A DNA stretch of 29,469 bases from Pseudobdellovibrionaceae bacterium (GTDB taxonomy: Bacteria; Bdellovibrionota; Bdellovibrionia; Bdellovibrionales; Bdellovibrionaceae), in contig JBDHWW010000037.1 of assembly GCA_039810425.1 (NCBI GenBank), forward strand, positions 1 to 29,469, read 5' to 3'. Of this stretch, positions 8,425 through 17,193 are shown piece by piece. The first letter of the stretch is position 1. Each line of letters starts with the position of its first letter. A program made the position numbers and the translations under genes. The notes beneath the pieces are model-generated. The model was not told where the DNA came from, did no database searches, and worked only from the letters and a program-made list of their open reading frames with translations.

Positions 8425-9121
8425 AGACAACTACGTTTTCATTCCAACCAACGAGCAAACAAAAGAGTGTGTCATTATCGACCCAGGCCAGGCGGATGTG
8501 GTGAAAGCCTCTATCTTAAAAGAGCAACTCCGCCCGCGTGGCATTCTGCTGACTCACCACCACTGGGACCATATCGGTGGCGCGCAAGAACTTAAAAAAG
8601 CTTTCGACGTTAAAATCTATGCCCCCTTGCAAGAGCAAAAGCTGATTGATTTTGCCGATGTTTACTTGCAGGAAAACGATTTTGTTTTTGACGCCGGGAT
8701 GCAGTTCCGAATCATCAATCTTCCGGGCCATACGACGGGTCATATTGCTTACCTTGAGGAAAAACAGAATTGGCTCTTTAGCGGTGACGTGCTTTTCAGC
8801 CTTGGCTGCGGCCGCATTTTCGATGGCACTGTCGAAGACCACTACAAGAGCATCGGAAAAATTAAAGCACTGGCTCCAAACACGGTTATTCATTGCACGC
8901 ACGAGTATACGGAAATGAATTTGAAATTCTGCCTTGAAAAGTTCCCGGAGGACCTGGTCCTCAAAAAATTCGCCCAACACGTCCAAGAACTTCGCAGCCA
9001 GGGCAAAGCCACGGTGCCATTTCTGCTCAGCCAGGAACTGGAGCTCAATCCATTTTTAAAAGTGAAAAACGAAGCGGACTTCATCGCTCTTCGCGAAGAA
9101 CGCAACAGCTTCAAGGCCTAG
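8393..9121 (+). CDS. gloB: Hydroxyacylglutathione hydrolase (glyoxalase II)
   Basis: DNY, THHHWDHIGG, PGHT.GH, GD.LFSLGCGR, HEYT and NPFL; start at ATG 8393 (RBS AAGGA). Confidence 0.95.
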   Translation: MPKVATVPILKDNYVFIPTNEQTKECVIIDPGQADVVKASILKEQLRPRGILLTHHHWDHIGGAQELKKAFDVKIYAPLQEQKLIDFADVYLQENDFVFDAGMQFRIINLPGHTTGHIAYLEEKQNWLFSGDVLFSLGCGRIFDGTVEDHYKSIGKIKALAPNTVIHCTHEYTEMNLKFCLEKFPEDLVLKKFAQHVQELRSQGKATVPFLLSQELELNPFLKVKNEADFIALREERNSFKA

Positions 9122-10527
9122 GGATGCAGGCCGGTCTCGGATTTAAAACCGAGATCACGCTCCAAGTTTTTGATGAGGTACTCCCGGCGATATGCGAAGA
9201 TCTTTTCAATCTCACTGCGCACGATCGTTCCGCCCAGCAGGCTGCCAACGCTTCCCATCGGTAAAACATAACAAACCCGGTCAACCATCAAAGTACCGCC
9301 CGCAAAAGGACGGAACTCGTGACTGTGGCGCCAAAGTGAATACGGCCCCTCGGTCTGGATATCGGCAAAATAGAAAGGCGGGTCCCAGTCTTCAACGAGG
9401 CTCTTCCACTTCATCGGCACGCCCCGAAGTTTTAACCGATAAACAATCTCACTGCCCGCCTGAATCATTTCGGGCGAACCCGGAACGATTTCAAAATCCA
9501 AAATGGGCGGGGTGATTCTTTGTAAATTACCGACGTGGCTAAAGAACGGAAAGACCTCTTCGGGTTTCCATGGCAAATACTGTTCAGAGACAAAAATCTC
9601 TTCGCCATTCTTATTGCAAACACTTTCAAGAGCTCCTTTCAGATCCGGATACTTAAACTTGTAATCCGTTTGTGACGCCACTTTTGGAATCACCCGCTGG
9701 GACTCCAAAACGAGTGCGGACATTTCACCCATTGACGCCCGAAGCAGCATTGCCGGCACTCGCGGCGCAAGACCCACCGCCAAAATGTCGGCAAGCGCCC
9801 TGGAGAAATCTTCGTTCGTAACAGGGTTCGGCGAAACCAAATTCATCGCTCCGCGGAGAAGACTTTTATCAAGCGCATGCAAAATCAAACCGATCTCATC
9901 GTCGATATGAATCCAGCTTATCCACTGCTTGCCTTCGCCGAGAACAGCTCCCAAGCCACGACGGAAAAGCGGTAAAAGCTTTTCCATCGCTCCACCATGG
10001 GAAGAAAGCACCACCCCTGTTCTGAGGGAAACCGCACGGGTTGCCGTCGGCGCATCGCCGTATGAAAAACCTAAAAGCTCTTCCTCCCAATCTTGGCAAA
10101 CTTGCGACAGGAAGCCATCGCCCGCCGGACTTTCCTCGGTCAAAACCGTATCGCCCTGCGAGCCGTAGTAACCAACGGCTGAAGCACTGATAAAAATTTT
10201 CGGCGCAACAGGAAGGCTTTGAATCAAATTACGGGTCCCGAGAATGCGGGACTCGTAAATTTTTCGTTTGCGGGACTCGCTCCACCGGCCGCCACCGATG
10301 TTTTCACCAGCAAGATGAATCACCGCATCCATCAAACGCAGTTCAGGGTGTCCTTTCAGTGGGCCTTCCATAAGGTTGCCAGTAATAATTTCGCACGGAA
10401 ACGGGAGTGTTGAACGGGCCCTCTCCGCGTCGCGGGTCACCACGTAGATTTGGTCGCCGCGACTCACGAGAGCTTTTCCTAGCTCTTTGCCAATCAGTCC
10501 TGTGGCGCCGGTCATCAGTATTTTCAT
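9118..10527 (-). CDS. TIGR01777 (YfcH-like) NAD-dependent epimerase fused to a C-terminal SRPBCC domain
   Basis: TGATGLIG, HLAGENI..RW, SASAVGYYG, WIHIDD; then VFPFFS...NLQRITPP...F.D.Q..GPY..W.H.H.F. Confidence 0.9.
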   Translation of the reverse strand: MKILMTGATGLIGKELGKALVSRGDQIYVVTRDAERARSTLPFPCEIITGNLMEGPLKGHPELRLMDAVIHLAGENIGGGRWSESRKRKIYESRILGTRNLIQSLPVAPKIFISASAVGYYGSQGDTVLTEESPAGDGFLSQVCQDWEEELLGFSYGDAPTATRAVSLRTGVVLSSHGGAMEKLLPLFRRGLGAVLGEGKQWISWIHIDDEIGLILHALDKSLLRGAMNLVSPNPVTNEDFSRALADILAVGLAPRVPAMLLRASMGEMSALVLESQRVIPKVASQTDYKFKYPDLKGALESVCNKNGEEIFVSEQYLPWKPEEVFPFFSHVGNLQRITPPILDFEIVPGSPEMIQAGSEIVYRLKLRGVPMKWKSLVEDWDPPFYFADIQTEGPYSLWRHSHEFRPFAGGTLMVDRVCYVLPMGSVGSLLGGTIVRSEIEKIFAYRREYLIKNLERDLGFKSETGLHP

Positions 10528-10535
10528 AACACCCT

Positions 10536-10700
10536 CTACTTCTTCAAAGACGTCTTGAAATCATCCAAGGCTCTCTGGTGTGCGAATGTATGATCTACTA
10601 TAGGCTCAGAATATCGGGAAGTCCCAATTTATGAAACCCATTTCCGGATGTACAAACTATTTTTATCAACACGCTCGAGCTGAGCTTGAGGATTAAAAAT
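10536..10700 (-). pseudogene. phrB: C-terminal remnant of deoxyribodipyrimidine photolyase
   Basis: Manual translation IFNPQAQLERVDKNSLYIRKWVS*IGTSRYSEPIVDHTFAHQRALDDFKTSLKK* follows the photolyase tail (RIFNP..Q..KFD....YIRKWVPE...YP.PIVDH..AR.RAL); in-frame TAA at 10629-10631. Confidence 0.85.
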
Positions 10701-10770
10701 TCATTAAATCCCTCGTCTTTATGTTTAAATTTTTGCTACTCTAACGTAAAGTAATCCAGGGACAAACGCG

Positions 10771-12180
10771 ATGCCAAAAGACAAAAAAACACCCACAAAA
10801 GAGCTCAACAAGATCAAGTCTTCCGTTTTCTCACGCGGGCTGTCCATGGCAAAGATGACCCTGAATGCCGGTGCAAGTCTGGCCGGGCATGGCCTGAAGA
10901 ACACCTTTTCCTCAGAAGAAGACAAAGTCGACAACTGGAAGAGGTTCATAAAGACACAAGCTCAAGCCGTCAGCAGCGAGCTTGGCGAACTCAAAGGCAG
11001 CCTCATGAAGGCCGGCCAAATGCTTTCGATGTACGGCGAGCACTTCCTTCCACCCGAAGCAAATCAGTTTCTCAAAGGTCTGCAGTCGGATTCCCCGGCT
11101 TTAAAATGGTCGGCGATTGAACCCGTCATCCGCAAAAATCTTTCACCAGAACAGCTTTCCAAACTCGAGATTGAAAAAGAAGCGCTCTCCTGTGCCTCCT
11201 TGGGTCAAGTTCACCGCGCACGCATCAAAGCCACGGGCGAAGAGATCGTGCTGAAAATTCAATACCCGGACGTTGATGCCGCCATCGACAGCGACCTCAA
11301 GGCCCTAAAGAGTCTTTTAGGGATCCTGAAGTTAGTCCCCAAAGACTTTGATCTCGACCCGATCTTCCGTGAAGTGCATGACATGCTCGTCCAGGAAACC
11401 GACTATGAGCTGGAGGCGCGCCTTACCCAAGACTTCTATCAGCGCGTTCAAGAGGATCCACGCTATGTCGTTGCGAAAGTTTATCCTCAATTTTCCAACC
11501 GCCGGGTGCTCGCAATCTCTTACGAGCCCTCCGTGCGGGCGGATAGCGCGGCAATTCAGTCGCTGTCTGACAACCGCCGCAACAGCATCGCCTTGGATTT
11601 TTTGGATTTATACTTAAAAGAACTTTTCTACTGGCATACGGTGCAGACGGACCCTCATATCGGAAACTACGGGATTCGCTTGAACGCGGATGGCAGCCAC
11701 CAGATCGTCCTCTATGATTTTGGTGCGACACGCGCCTATGGGCTTGAGTTCATAGGTCCTTATCAGCGTATGATTGGCGCGGCCCTTCTGGCTGATGAAG
11801 CCGGTCTGCGGGCCGCCGCCGAAGAGTTGCAGTTTTTAGATCCCAATGACAAGGCGGAGCTCCGGGCGCTCTTTGAGGAATTCTGTTTTGAGTTTGTGGA
11901 ACCCTTCCTAACGCCGGAGGATCCTCGCTTGCCGCCGAACGTGATGGACGACGAAGGTAATTACGACTGGAAAAACACGGATCTTCCGCAGCGACTTTCA
12001 AAGAAAATTTTTGCGGTGATCCGCCAGCATGCGTGGCGAACACCGCCGCGAGAAGTGATTTTTCTCGACCGCAAAACCGGCGGCGTATTTATCTTTATGT
12101 CTGTTTTGCGGGCGCGCTGTCAGGGACGGGGGCTTCTTTTGAAATATCTTGAGCACTCAACTGGCTCAACTCCGCGTTAA
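10771..12180 (+). CDS. ABC1/UbiB/AarF (COQ8-like) atypical kinase
   Basis: LKGSLMKAGQ (KxGQ), ASLGQVHRA, KIQYP, ETDY..E, QTDPHIGN, YDFG. Confidence 0.93.
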   Translation: MPKDKKTPTKELNKIKSSVFSRGLSMAKMTLNAGASLAGHGLKNTFSSEEDKVDNWKRFIKTQAQAVSSELGELKGSLMKAGQMLSMYGEHFLPPEANQFLKGLQSDSPALKWSAIEPVIRKNLSPEQLSKLEIEKEALSCASLGQVHRARIKATGEEIVLKIQYPDVDAAIDSDLKALKSLLGILKLVPKDFDLDPIFREVHDMLVQETDYELEARLTQDFYQRVQEDPRYVVAKVYPQFSNRRVLAISYEPSVRADSAAIQSLSDNRRNSIALDFLDLYLKELFYWHTVQTDPHIGNYGIRLNADGSHQIVLYDFGATRAYGLEFIGPYQRMIGAALLADEAGLRAAAEELQFLDPNDKAELRALFEEFCFEFVEPFLTPEDPRLPPNVMDDEGNYDWKNTDLPQRLSKKIFAVIRQHAWRTPPREVIFLDRKTGGVFIFMSVLRARCQGRGLLLKYLEHSTGSTPR

Positions 12181-14758
12181 TCAGAGTCAGAAGCTTCTGC
12201 ACGTCCACCGGCTTACTCAGCATTTTCACATTGAGATCTTGCAACTCTTCATCGAGAAGCTGATGATAGCCGGACCAAAGAACCATCGGCAATTTTTTAT
12301 TCATCTCGCGCACTTTGCGCGCGAACTCGATACCGGACATGCCCGGCATGGAAAGATCCGAGATGATCATAAAGTACTGACTTTGTAACTCCGTAAAGGC
12401 CGCGAGGGCCGCTGCAGGATCCACAAACGCATCAACCTGAAGACCCTCGATCTCCAGAAGTTCCTTTATCAGGGAACCAATTTCCGGCTCGTCATCGACA
12501 ATCATTACTTTTTGCGCCGACTTAAAATTGTACGGGGTCAGATTTGCTTCTTCGACCGCCTCGGCGTTCACCGCCACCGGCAAGAAGATTTCAAAATCTG
12601 TCCCTTGGCCGGAGGCGCTCTTCACCTCGATAAATCCTTGATGATTACTGACGATTCTTTGCACCACCACCATGCCGATGTTCTGCGCGTAGAATGGGTC
12701 GAATATCTTTTCAATTTCATCGCGATCCATTTCCTCACCGTTATAATGCAGACTCCACTTCACATAAGGATGGTCTTTGATTTGTGTTTGTCGAAACGTA
12801 ATGCGGATTTCACCGCCTTCCGTGCCAATGGCACGGGCCGCATTGACGCACAAATTCAAAAGCGCCTGCTGGATCTGATCCGGATCCGCATTGATATTGA
12901 GATCTCCGCAATCCGCCAAGTCCAAGGTGATGCGAATCTGCGCCGGCAGCGTCGCCCGCAAAAAGCCCATGACTTCAGAAAATATTTTCTTAATCTGAAT
13001 CAGTTGCACGGAGGACTCGTCTTTTCTGCTGAAAATCAGAATCTGCGCCACTAGGTGGCGTGCTCGGTGGCCCGCCCGCTTAATCGCCTCGAGGTAGTGT
13101 TGATTTTTTGGATCCTTGTGAAGACTGAGCATCTTCTCGGTGGTCGCAAGGATGATCGCAAGGATGTTATTGAAGTCGTGGGCAATGCCCTCCGCCAACG
13201 TTCCGATCGCCTCCATCTTCTCTGACTGCAACGAACGCTCTTCGATTTGTTTACGCAGGCGCTCCACTTCTTTACGAATCTCATCGGTGTGAACCCGCTC
13301 AAGCTCCGCCCCCGCGCGCGCCGCAAACACCGACAAAACGGTGCGCTTTAACGGCAGATCCACCATCTCTTTGTCACTGTAGATCATCATGATACCGATC
13401 GCCCGCTGCTCCGAATCCTGAAGCACAAGCCCCATACAGGATTCTACATTGCGATAGCTCAGCATCGGATCCTGGATAAATATTTTGCTGACCGATTTTG
13501 GGTAAACAAAGAACTCACCCGGCTTCAGATTGTCAAACGGCGTGTTTTTCAAATCATAGATGTAATCAGTCCCGAATGTGCCATCGACCCAGTTCACAAC
13601 AAACTTCACCGCATTCGCATACTCGGGCATGAGAACCCCGATCGCCACATTACGAACTTCAAAGGCTTTGGAGATTTGCAAACCGAGTTCGCGTAAGAAA
13701 TCATGGCCCGTCAAAACCTCGGTCTTTTCTTGAATTCGGCGAATCAAATCTTCTTTGGCGGCATGGTCCTCGAGCGTTTGCCGGAGAGAATCTTGGCGCT
13801 TACGTACGAGGTTTGTTAAGAACATCAATGCGCCCATAAAGATCAAAAAAATCGCCATCACCGAAAAACTGGCCAACCGCCAGCCGGCAAAGATCGCATC
13901 CGTGTTGTAACCGACATACGTCATGAGGCCATAGGCTTTTGAAAATTTATAATAGCCGACTTTTTCCAGTCCATCGATGCGGCTGGTCCCTTCAAGGACC
14001 CCTTCGCCATCCATGTTGATGCTTTGGGCGAAGGCAAAACTTTTTCCTTCGCTGCCGTTGCCGTCAGGAAAACGGTAAATCACTTTGCCATCGTCTCGGA
14101 AAACCGTAAAGCTCACCCCTTGAGGCAAATGGAGGTTTTTATAGAAGATCTCAAAATCTTCAACCGAGCGCGTGATTCCGATCAGGCCCTGAAAACGGCC
14201 ATCGGCCCCACGCAGGCTTCTGTTGAGAGAAATCACTTTTCGCTTATCGATCACAGAGGCGGTTCTAGGAGAAAAAACCGTGTAGCTCTTTTGCATGCGC
14301 AGGTAGTTGAAATCCGGGGAATCCTTATAAGAGATTTTCAGCTTTTGCCCGTAGGGCAAAAGCGTCGTCAGACGCACACGGCCCTCTTTATCCACGGCGT
14401 AAATCGAGCGGATAAAACCTTCTGTGAGAAAACTCTGGGCCTGCACAAAAAAACGATTGAGATCGGCGTCGCTGACACTGTCCAAGCCACCGCGTTCTTG
14501 AATGCGGGAGGAAATGTACTCCAGAGGAACCGCCATCGCATCAAACTGACGGCGATTGATTTCATCCAAAGCCAAAGTCAGGGAGCGGGTTTGGGAAAAA
14601 GCCGATTCTTTGAGCTGGGCGCGGGCGGAGAAAATTGAAAACGCGAGGAGGCAGCCCACTAGAAGCACCATGAGGGCATAGAAGACCCACAGGTACTTGT
14701 TAAAGTAACGATCCTTTATACCGACCAAATTTTCAGGATAACGTAGGCGTGGAATCAA
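12095..14758 (-). CDS. Hybrid sensor histidine kinase/response regulator (TM-dCache-TM-GAF-HisKA-HATPase-REC) with degenerate G boxes
   Basis: EKMEAIGTLAEGIAHDFNN H-box, LNLCVNA N-box, VDDE...SDLSMPGMSG...KP receiver; TTG start with RBS GAGGAG. Confidence 0.9.
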   Translation of the reverse strand: MIPRLRYPENLVGIKDRYFNKYLWVFYALMVLLVGCLLAFSIFSARAQLKESAFSQTRSLTLALDEINRRQFDAMAVPLEYISSRIQERGGLDSVSDADLNRFFVQAQSFLTEGFIRSIYAVDKEGRVRLTTLLPYGQKLKISYKDSPDFNYLRMQKSYTVFSPRTASVIDKRKVISLNRSLRGADGRFQGLIGITRSVEDFEIFYKNLHLPQGVSFTVFRDDGKVIYRFPDGNGSEGKSFAFAQSINMDGEGVLEGTSRIDGLEKVGYYKFSKAYGLMTYVGYNTDAIFAGWRLASFSVMAIFLIFMGALMFLTNLVRKRQDSLRQTLEDHAAKEDLIRRIQEKTEVLTGHDFLRELGLQISKAFEVRNVAIGVLMPEYANAVKFVVNWVDGTFGTDYIYDLKNTPFDNLKPGEFFVYPKSVSKIFIQDPMLSYRNVESCMGLVLQDSEQRAIGIMMIYSDKEMVDLPLKRTVLSVFAARAGAELERVHTDEIRKEVERLRKQIEERSLQSEKMEAIGTLAEGIAHDFNNILAIILATTEKMLSLHKDPKNQHYLEAIKRAGHRARHLVAQILIFSRKDESSVQLIQIKKIFSEVMGFLRATLPAQIRITLDLADCGDLNINADPDQIQQALLNLCVNAARAIGTEGGEIRITFRQTQIKDHPYVKWSLHYNGEEMDRDEIEKIFDPFYAQNIGMVVVQRIVSNHQGFIEVKSASGQGTDFEIFLPVAVNAEAVEEANLTPYNFKSAQKVMIVDDEPEIGSLIKELLEIEGLQVDAFVDPAAALAAFTELQSQYFMIISDLSMPGMSGIEFARKVREMNKKLPMVLWSGYHQLLDEELQDLNVKMLSKPVDVQKLLTLINAELSQLSAQDISKEAPVPDSAPAKQT

Positions 14759-14909
14759 CTCTCAGCTCCTCTGTGGCTTCAGTGTATAAAGTCATAAACA
14801 AAACTTGCCAAACAGATTCTCTCCAGTGTCTCAGAGACCGCTCGTTTCGTGTGGCTTATGAAGAAAACAGGATCACTTTATCAAGATCTCGAAATGGACT
14901 TTTGAGCAA

Positions 14910-14947
14910 GGTCAAACGTTGACCCCCTAAACCGGGAATGCTAAGCA
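14910..14947 (+). promoter_or_regulatory. Putative ctaA promoter with overlapping inverted repeat
   Basis: TTGACC-N17-TAAGCA with TG extension; GGTCAA-N3-TTGACC palindrome overlaps the -35. Confidence 0.45.
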
Positions 14948-14953
14948 GATTTC

Positions 14954-15880
14954 ATGAAAACACCTTCTCAGCTTCACCGCTTTGCACAGTTCCTTTTGTT
15001 CTACACTTTGCTCGTGATTTTGTGGGGGGCTTGGGTGCGCATTTCCCATTCCGGAGACGGTTGCGGCGCAAGCTGGCCCCTGTGCAATGGCCAGGTGATT
15101 CCCGAGGCTGAGCACCAGAAAACCTGGGTGGAGTTCAGTCACCGCCTGACTTCGGGGCTATTTGGTTTACTCGTGGCTTATATGTTCTGGGCGGGTCGCC
15201 AGATCGCTCCGAAAGGCACCCCTCTTCGGAGAGCGCTTTTAGCAGTTCTTGTTTTAATGATCACCGAAGCGCTCTTGGGCGCAAAGCTGGTTCTGTTTGG
15301 CCTTGTGGGCAACAATGACTCTTTCCTCCGTCTGTTTGCGATGGGTCTGCATCAAGTCAACTCCCTCCTGCTTTCCGGCATGGTGGCACTCGTGGCCCTG
15401 TTCTCGAGTGATTTGCCGGCAAAGGCTTTGGACTCAGCAAAGGTCTTTGCCAAGAAGCCTTTGCCAAAGGGGGCGCTCGTATTCCTGGTTTTCTTTGTCG
15501 TCGTGGCAATCACCGGCGCCTTTGCATCTTTGTCTTCGACCCTCTTTCCGTCGGAGTCTGTCCTTGACGGCATCACGAAAGACTTTGCGCCGGATGCGCA
15601 CTATCTTTTACGAATTCGTATTTCGCATCCGATCCTCGCGACCCTGATTGGCGGCGGGCTTGCACTGTTCTTCTGGCTGAAATATCAGGACGAAACCAAT
15701 GAAGTTCTTCGCAAGAGCACTCTACAAGTATGTTTGATGCTCGCGGTGGCTGTGGTGTTTGGCTACATCACGCTCTTTAGCCTTGCGCCGATTTGGATGA
15801 AGGTCATCCACCTTCTCATCGCCCACCTCGTGTGGATCGTTCTTTTACGCTGGTATGTTTTGAAAAAACTCGCCTGTTAG
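14954..15880 (+). CDS. ctaA: Heme A synthase (COX15/CtaA)
   Basis: GAWVR..SGDGC..WPLCNG, EFSHR, conserved His residues, about 8 TM segments. Confidence 0.92.
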   Translation: MKTPSQLHRFAQFLLFYTLLVILWGAWVRISHSGDGCGASWPLCNGQVIPEAEHQKTWVEFSHRLTSGLFGLLVAYMFWAGRQIAPKGTPLRRALLAVLVLMITEALLGAKLVLFGLVGNNDSFLRLFAMGLHQVNSLLLSGMVALVALFSSDLPAKALDSAKVFAKKPLPKGALVFLVFFVVVAITGAFASLSSTLFPSESVLDGITKDFAPDAHYLLRIRISHPILATLIGGGLALFFWLKYQDETNEVLRKSTLQVCLMLAVAVVFGYITLFSLAPIWMKVIHLLIAHLVWIVLLRWYVLKKLAC

Positions 15881-16494
15881 GTGGTGAGTTCGTTTGATTC
15901 TGTTAAGCGGTGAAGGAAGAGAATCTTTTCATTGATATCGTTGAATTCCAAAGACATCTGCTGCAAATCGTAATCACGGATCAAGTAGGACGAAAAGGCA
16001 CCGACGATCTCTTCGGGGCCTGAAAGGCTGCGCATGAAAATTTCTTGCTGTTGGGTATCCGGAATATGGGTGTGAATCCAACGAGTCAGAATTTTCAGCA
16101 AATGATCAAGACCGGCTTCACTCTCAGGGCGAACTTCGGTGTTTTCTTCGATTTTCGCCGCTTCCACCACCAAGTAAGGAGTGCCGCGATCCACCACGCG
16201 GCCGAGCCTGACTTTGCCAGCCCCTTGAAGAAAGACCAGTAAAGTTCCGTTCAAGCGTTCTTCGACAATCTGCGGGTAACCATAACCCGCCACACTGCGA
16301 ACATACGAAACGGCCTCGCCAGGTTTCACGGGAGCAACCTGAGAGGCATCCTCAATAAATCCAATAGCAATAGGAAGTTTTTTATCAGCCGCAGTTTTAA
16401 CCATTTCCAAGTAGCGGGGCTCGAAGATGTTCAAAGGCTTTGTCGTCTTTGGAAAAAGACTGACATTGACGAGGGGGAACAAAAAAACTTCCAT
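15877..16494 (-). CDS. Stand-alone LON peptidase substrate-binding (LON-N) domain protein
   Basis: LFPL..V.LFP....PLNIFEPRY.EMV; no AAA+ or protease domain. Confidence 0.88.
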   Translation of the reverse strand: MEVFLFPLVNVSLFPKTTKPLNIFEPRYLEMVKTAADKKLPIAIGFIEDASQVAPVKPGEAVSYVRSVAGYGYPQIVEERLNGTLLVFLQGAGKVRLGRVVDRGTPYLVVEAAKIEENTEVRPESEAGLDHLLKILTRWIHTHIPDTQQQEIFMRSLSGPEEIVGAFSSYLIRDYDLQQMSLEFNDINEKILFLHRLTESNELTT

Positions 16495-16561
16495 GACAAT
16501 TCAGCTCCACAGATTGAAGATTGATTATAAGAAGGTCAGGAGGCAAAAGCTAGATGAAAAC

Positions 16562-16672
16562 ATGCAAGCCGGAAAGCCAATAATCTTTTTTGACGGCATC
16601 TGTCATCTGTGTAACGGATGTGTGAATACCGTTCTCTTAAAGATTGCTCAAGGGCCCGTCTTTCTTCCCTAG
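16562..16672 (+). pseudogene. Remnant of a DCC (DUF393) thiol-disulfide oxidoreductase
   Basis: MQAGKPIIFFDGICHLCNGCVNTVL carries the DCC signature FDGxCxLC, but the frame ends after 36 aa (family ~130-140 aa) with FLP*. Confidence 0.75.
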
Positions 16673-17085
16673 ACCTTCATACGAACATCACCCTTTAAGA
16701 CCGCAACAATCGGACGGTCCGCTTCTGAGAGCAGGGTCAAATCCAACTCTTTTGGCTTCACCCAGCAATAGGCATCATGTTCCGCAAGCTGAAAGGGCTC
16801 CGGTGGTGCTTTCGCCCAATAAAAGACCAAGCGGATTTTCTTACCCGGATATTGGTGAATATTTTCACCGATGTGGCTTTCAACTTCGATGATGATACCG
16901 ATCTCTTCGAGAATTTCCCGTTTCAAGGCCGAAACCTCGTCCTCACCGTTTTCAACTTTGCCGCCGGGGAACTCCCAATGGCCGGCGCCACTCATCCCCG
17001 GACCGCGCCGGAAAATCAACACCTCACCCGCGCGATAGAGGACCGCCGCCACGACGTGAACGCCATCTTGTTGATACAAATTCAA
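16669..17085 (-). CDS. NUDIX hydrolase, MutT/NudG-like
   Basis: WEFPGGKVENGEDEVSALKREILEEIG Nudix box. Confidence 0.92.
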   Translation of the reverse strand: MNLYQQDGVHVVAAVLYRAGEVLIFRRGPGMSGAGHWEFPGGKVENGEDEVSALKREILEEIGIIIEVESHIGENIHQYPGKKIRLVFYWAKAPPEPFQLAEHDAYCWVKPKELDLTLLSEADRPIVAVLKGDVRMKV

Positions 17086-17154
17086 AGCAAAACCCCTTCA
17101 ATGAGACAGCCAGACCAAAGTATATCTCCAGAGTCGCTTGAAACAAAGAGTTCA

Positions 17155-17183
17155 TTAACAAACGCAATTTTTTTTGCTACATT
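17155..17183 (+). promoter_or_regulatory. Sigma-70 promoter of the YoaK/Na-Pi/DMT operon
   Basis: TTAACA-N17-TACATT with an extended -10 TG. Confidence 0.6.
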
Positions 17184-17193
17184 GTAGGCAGTC

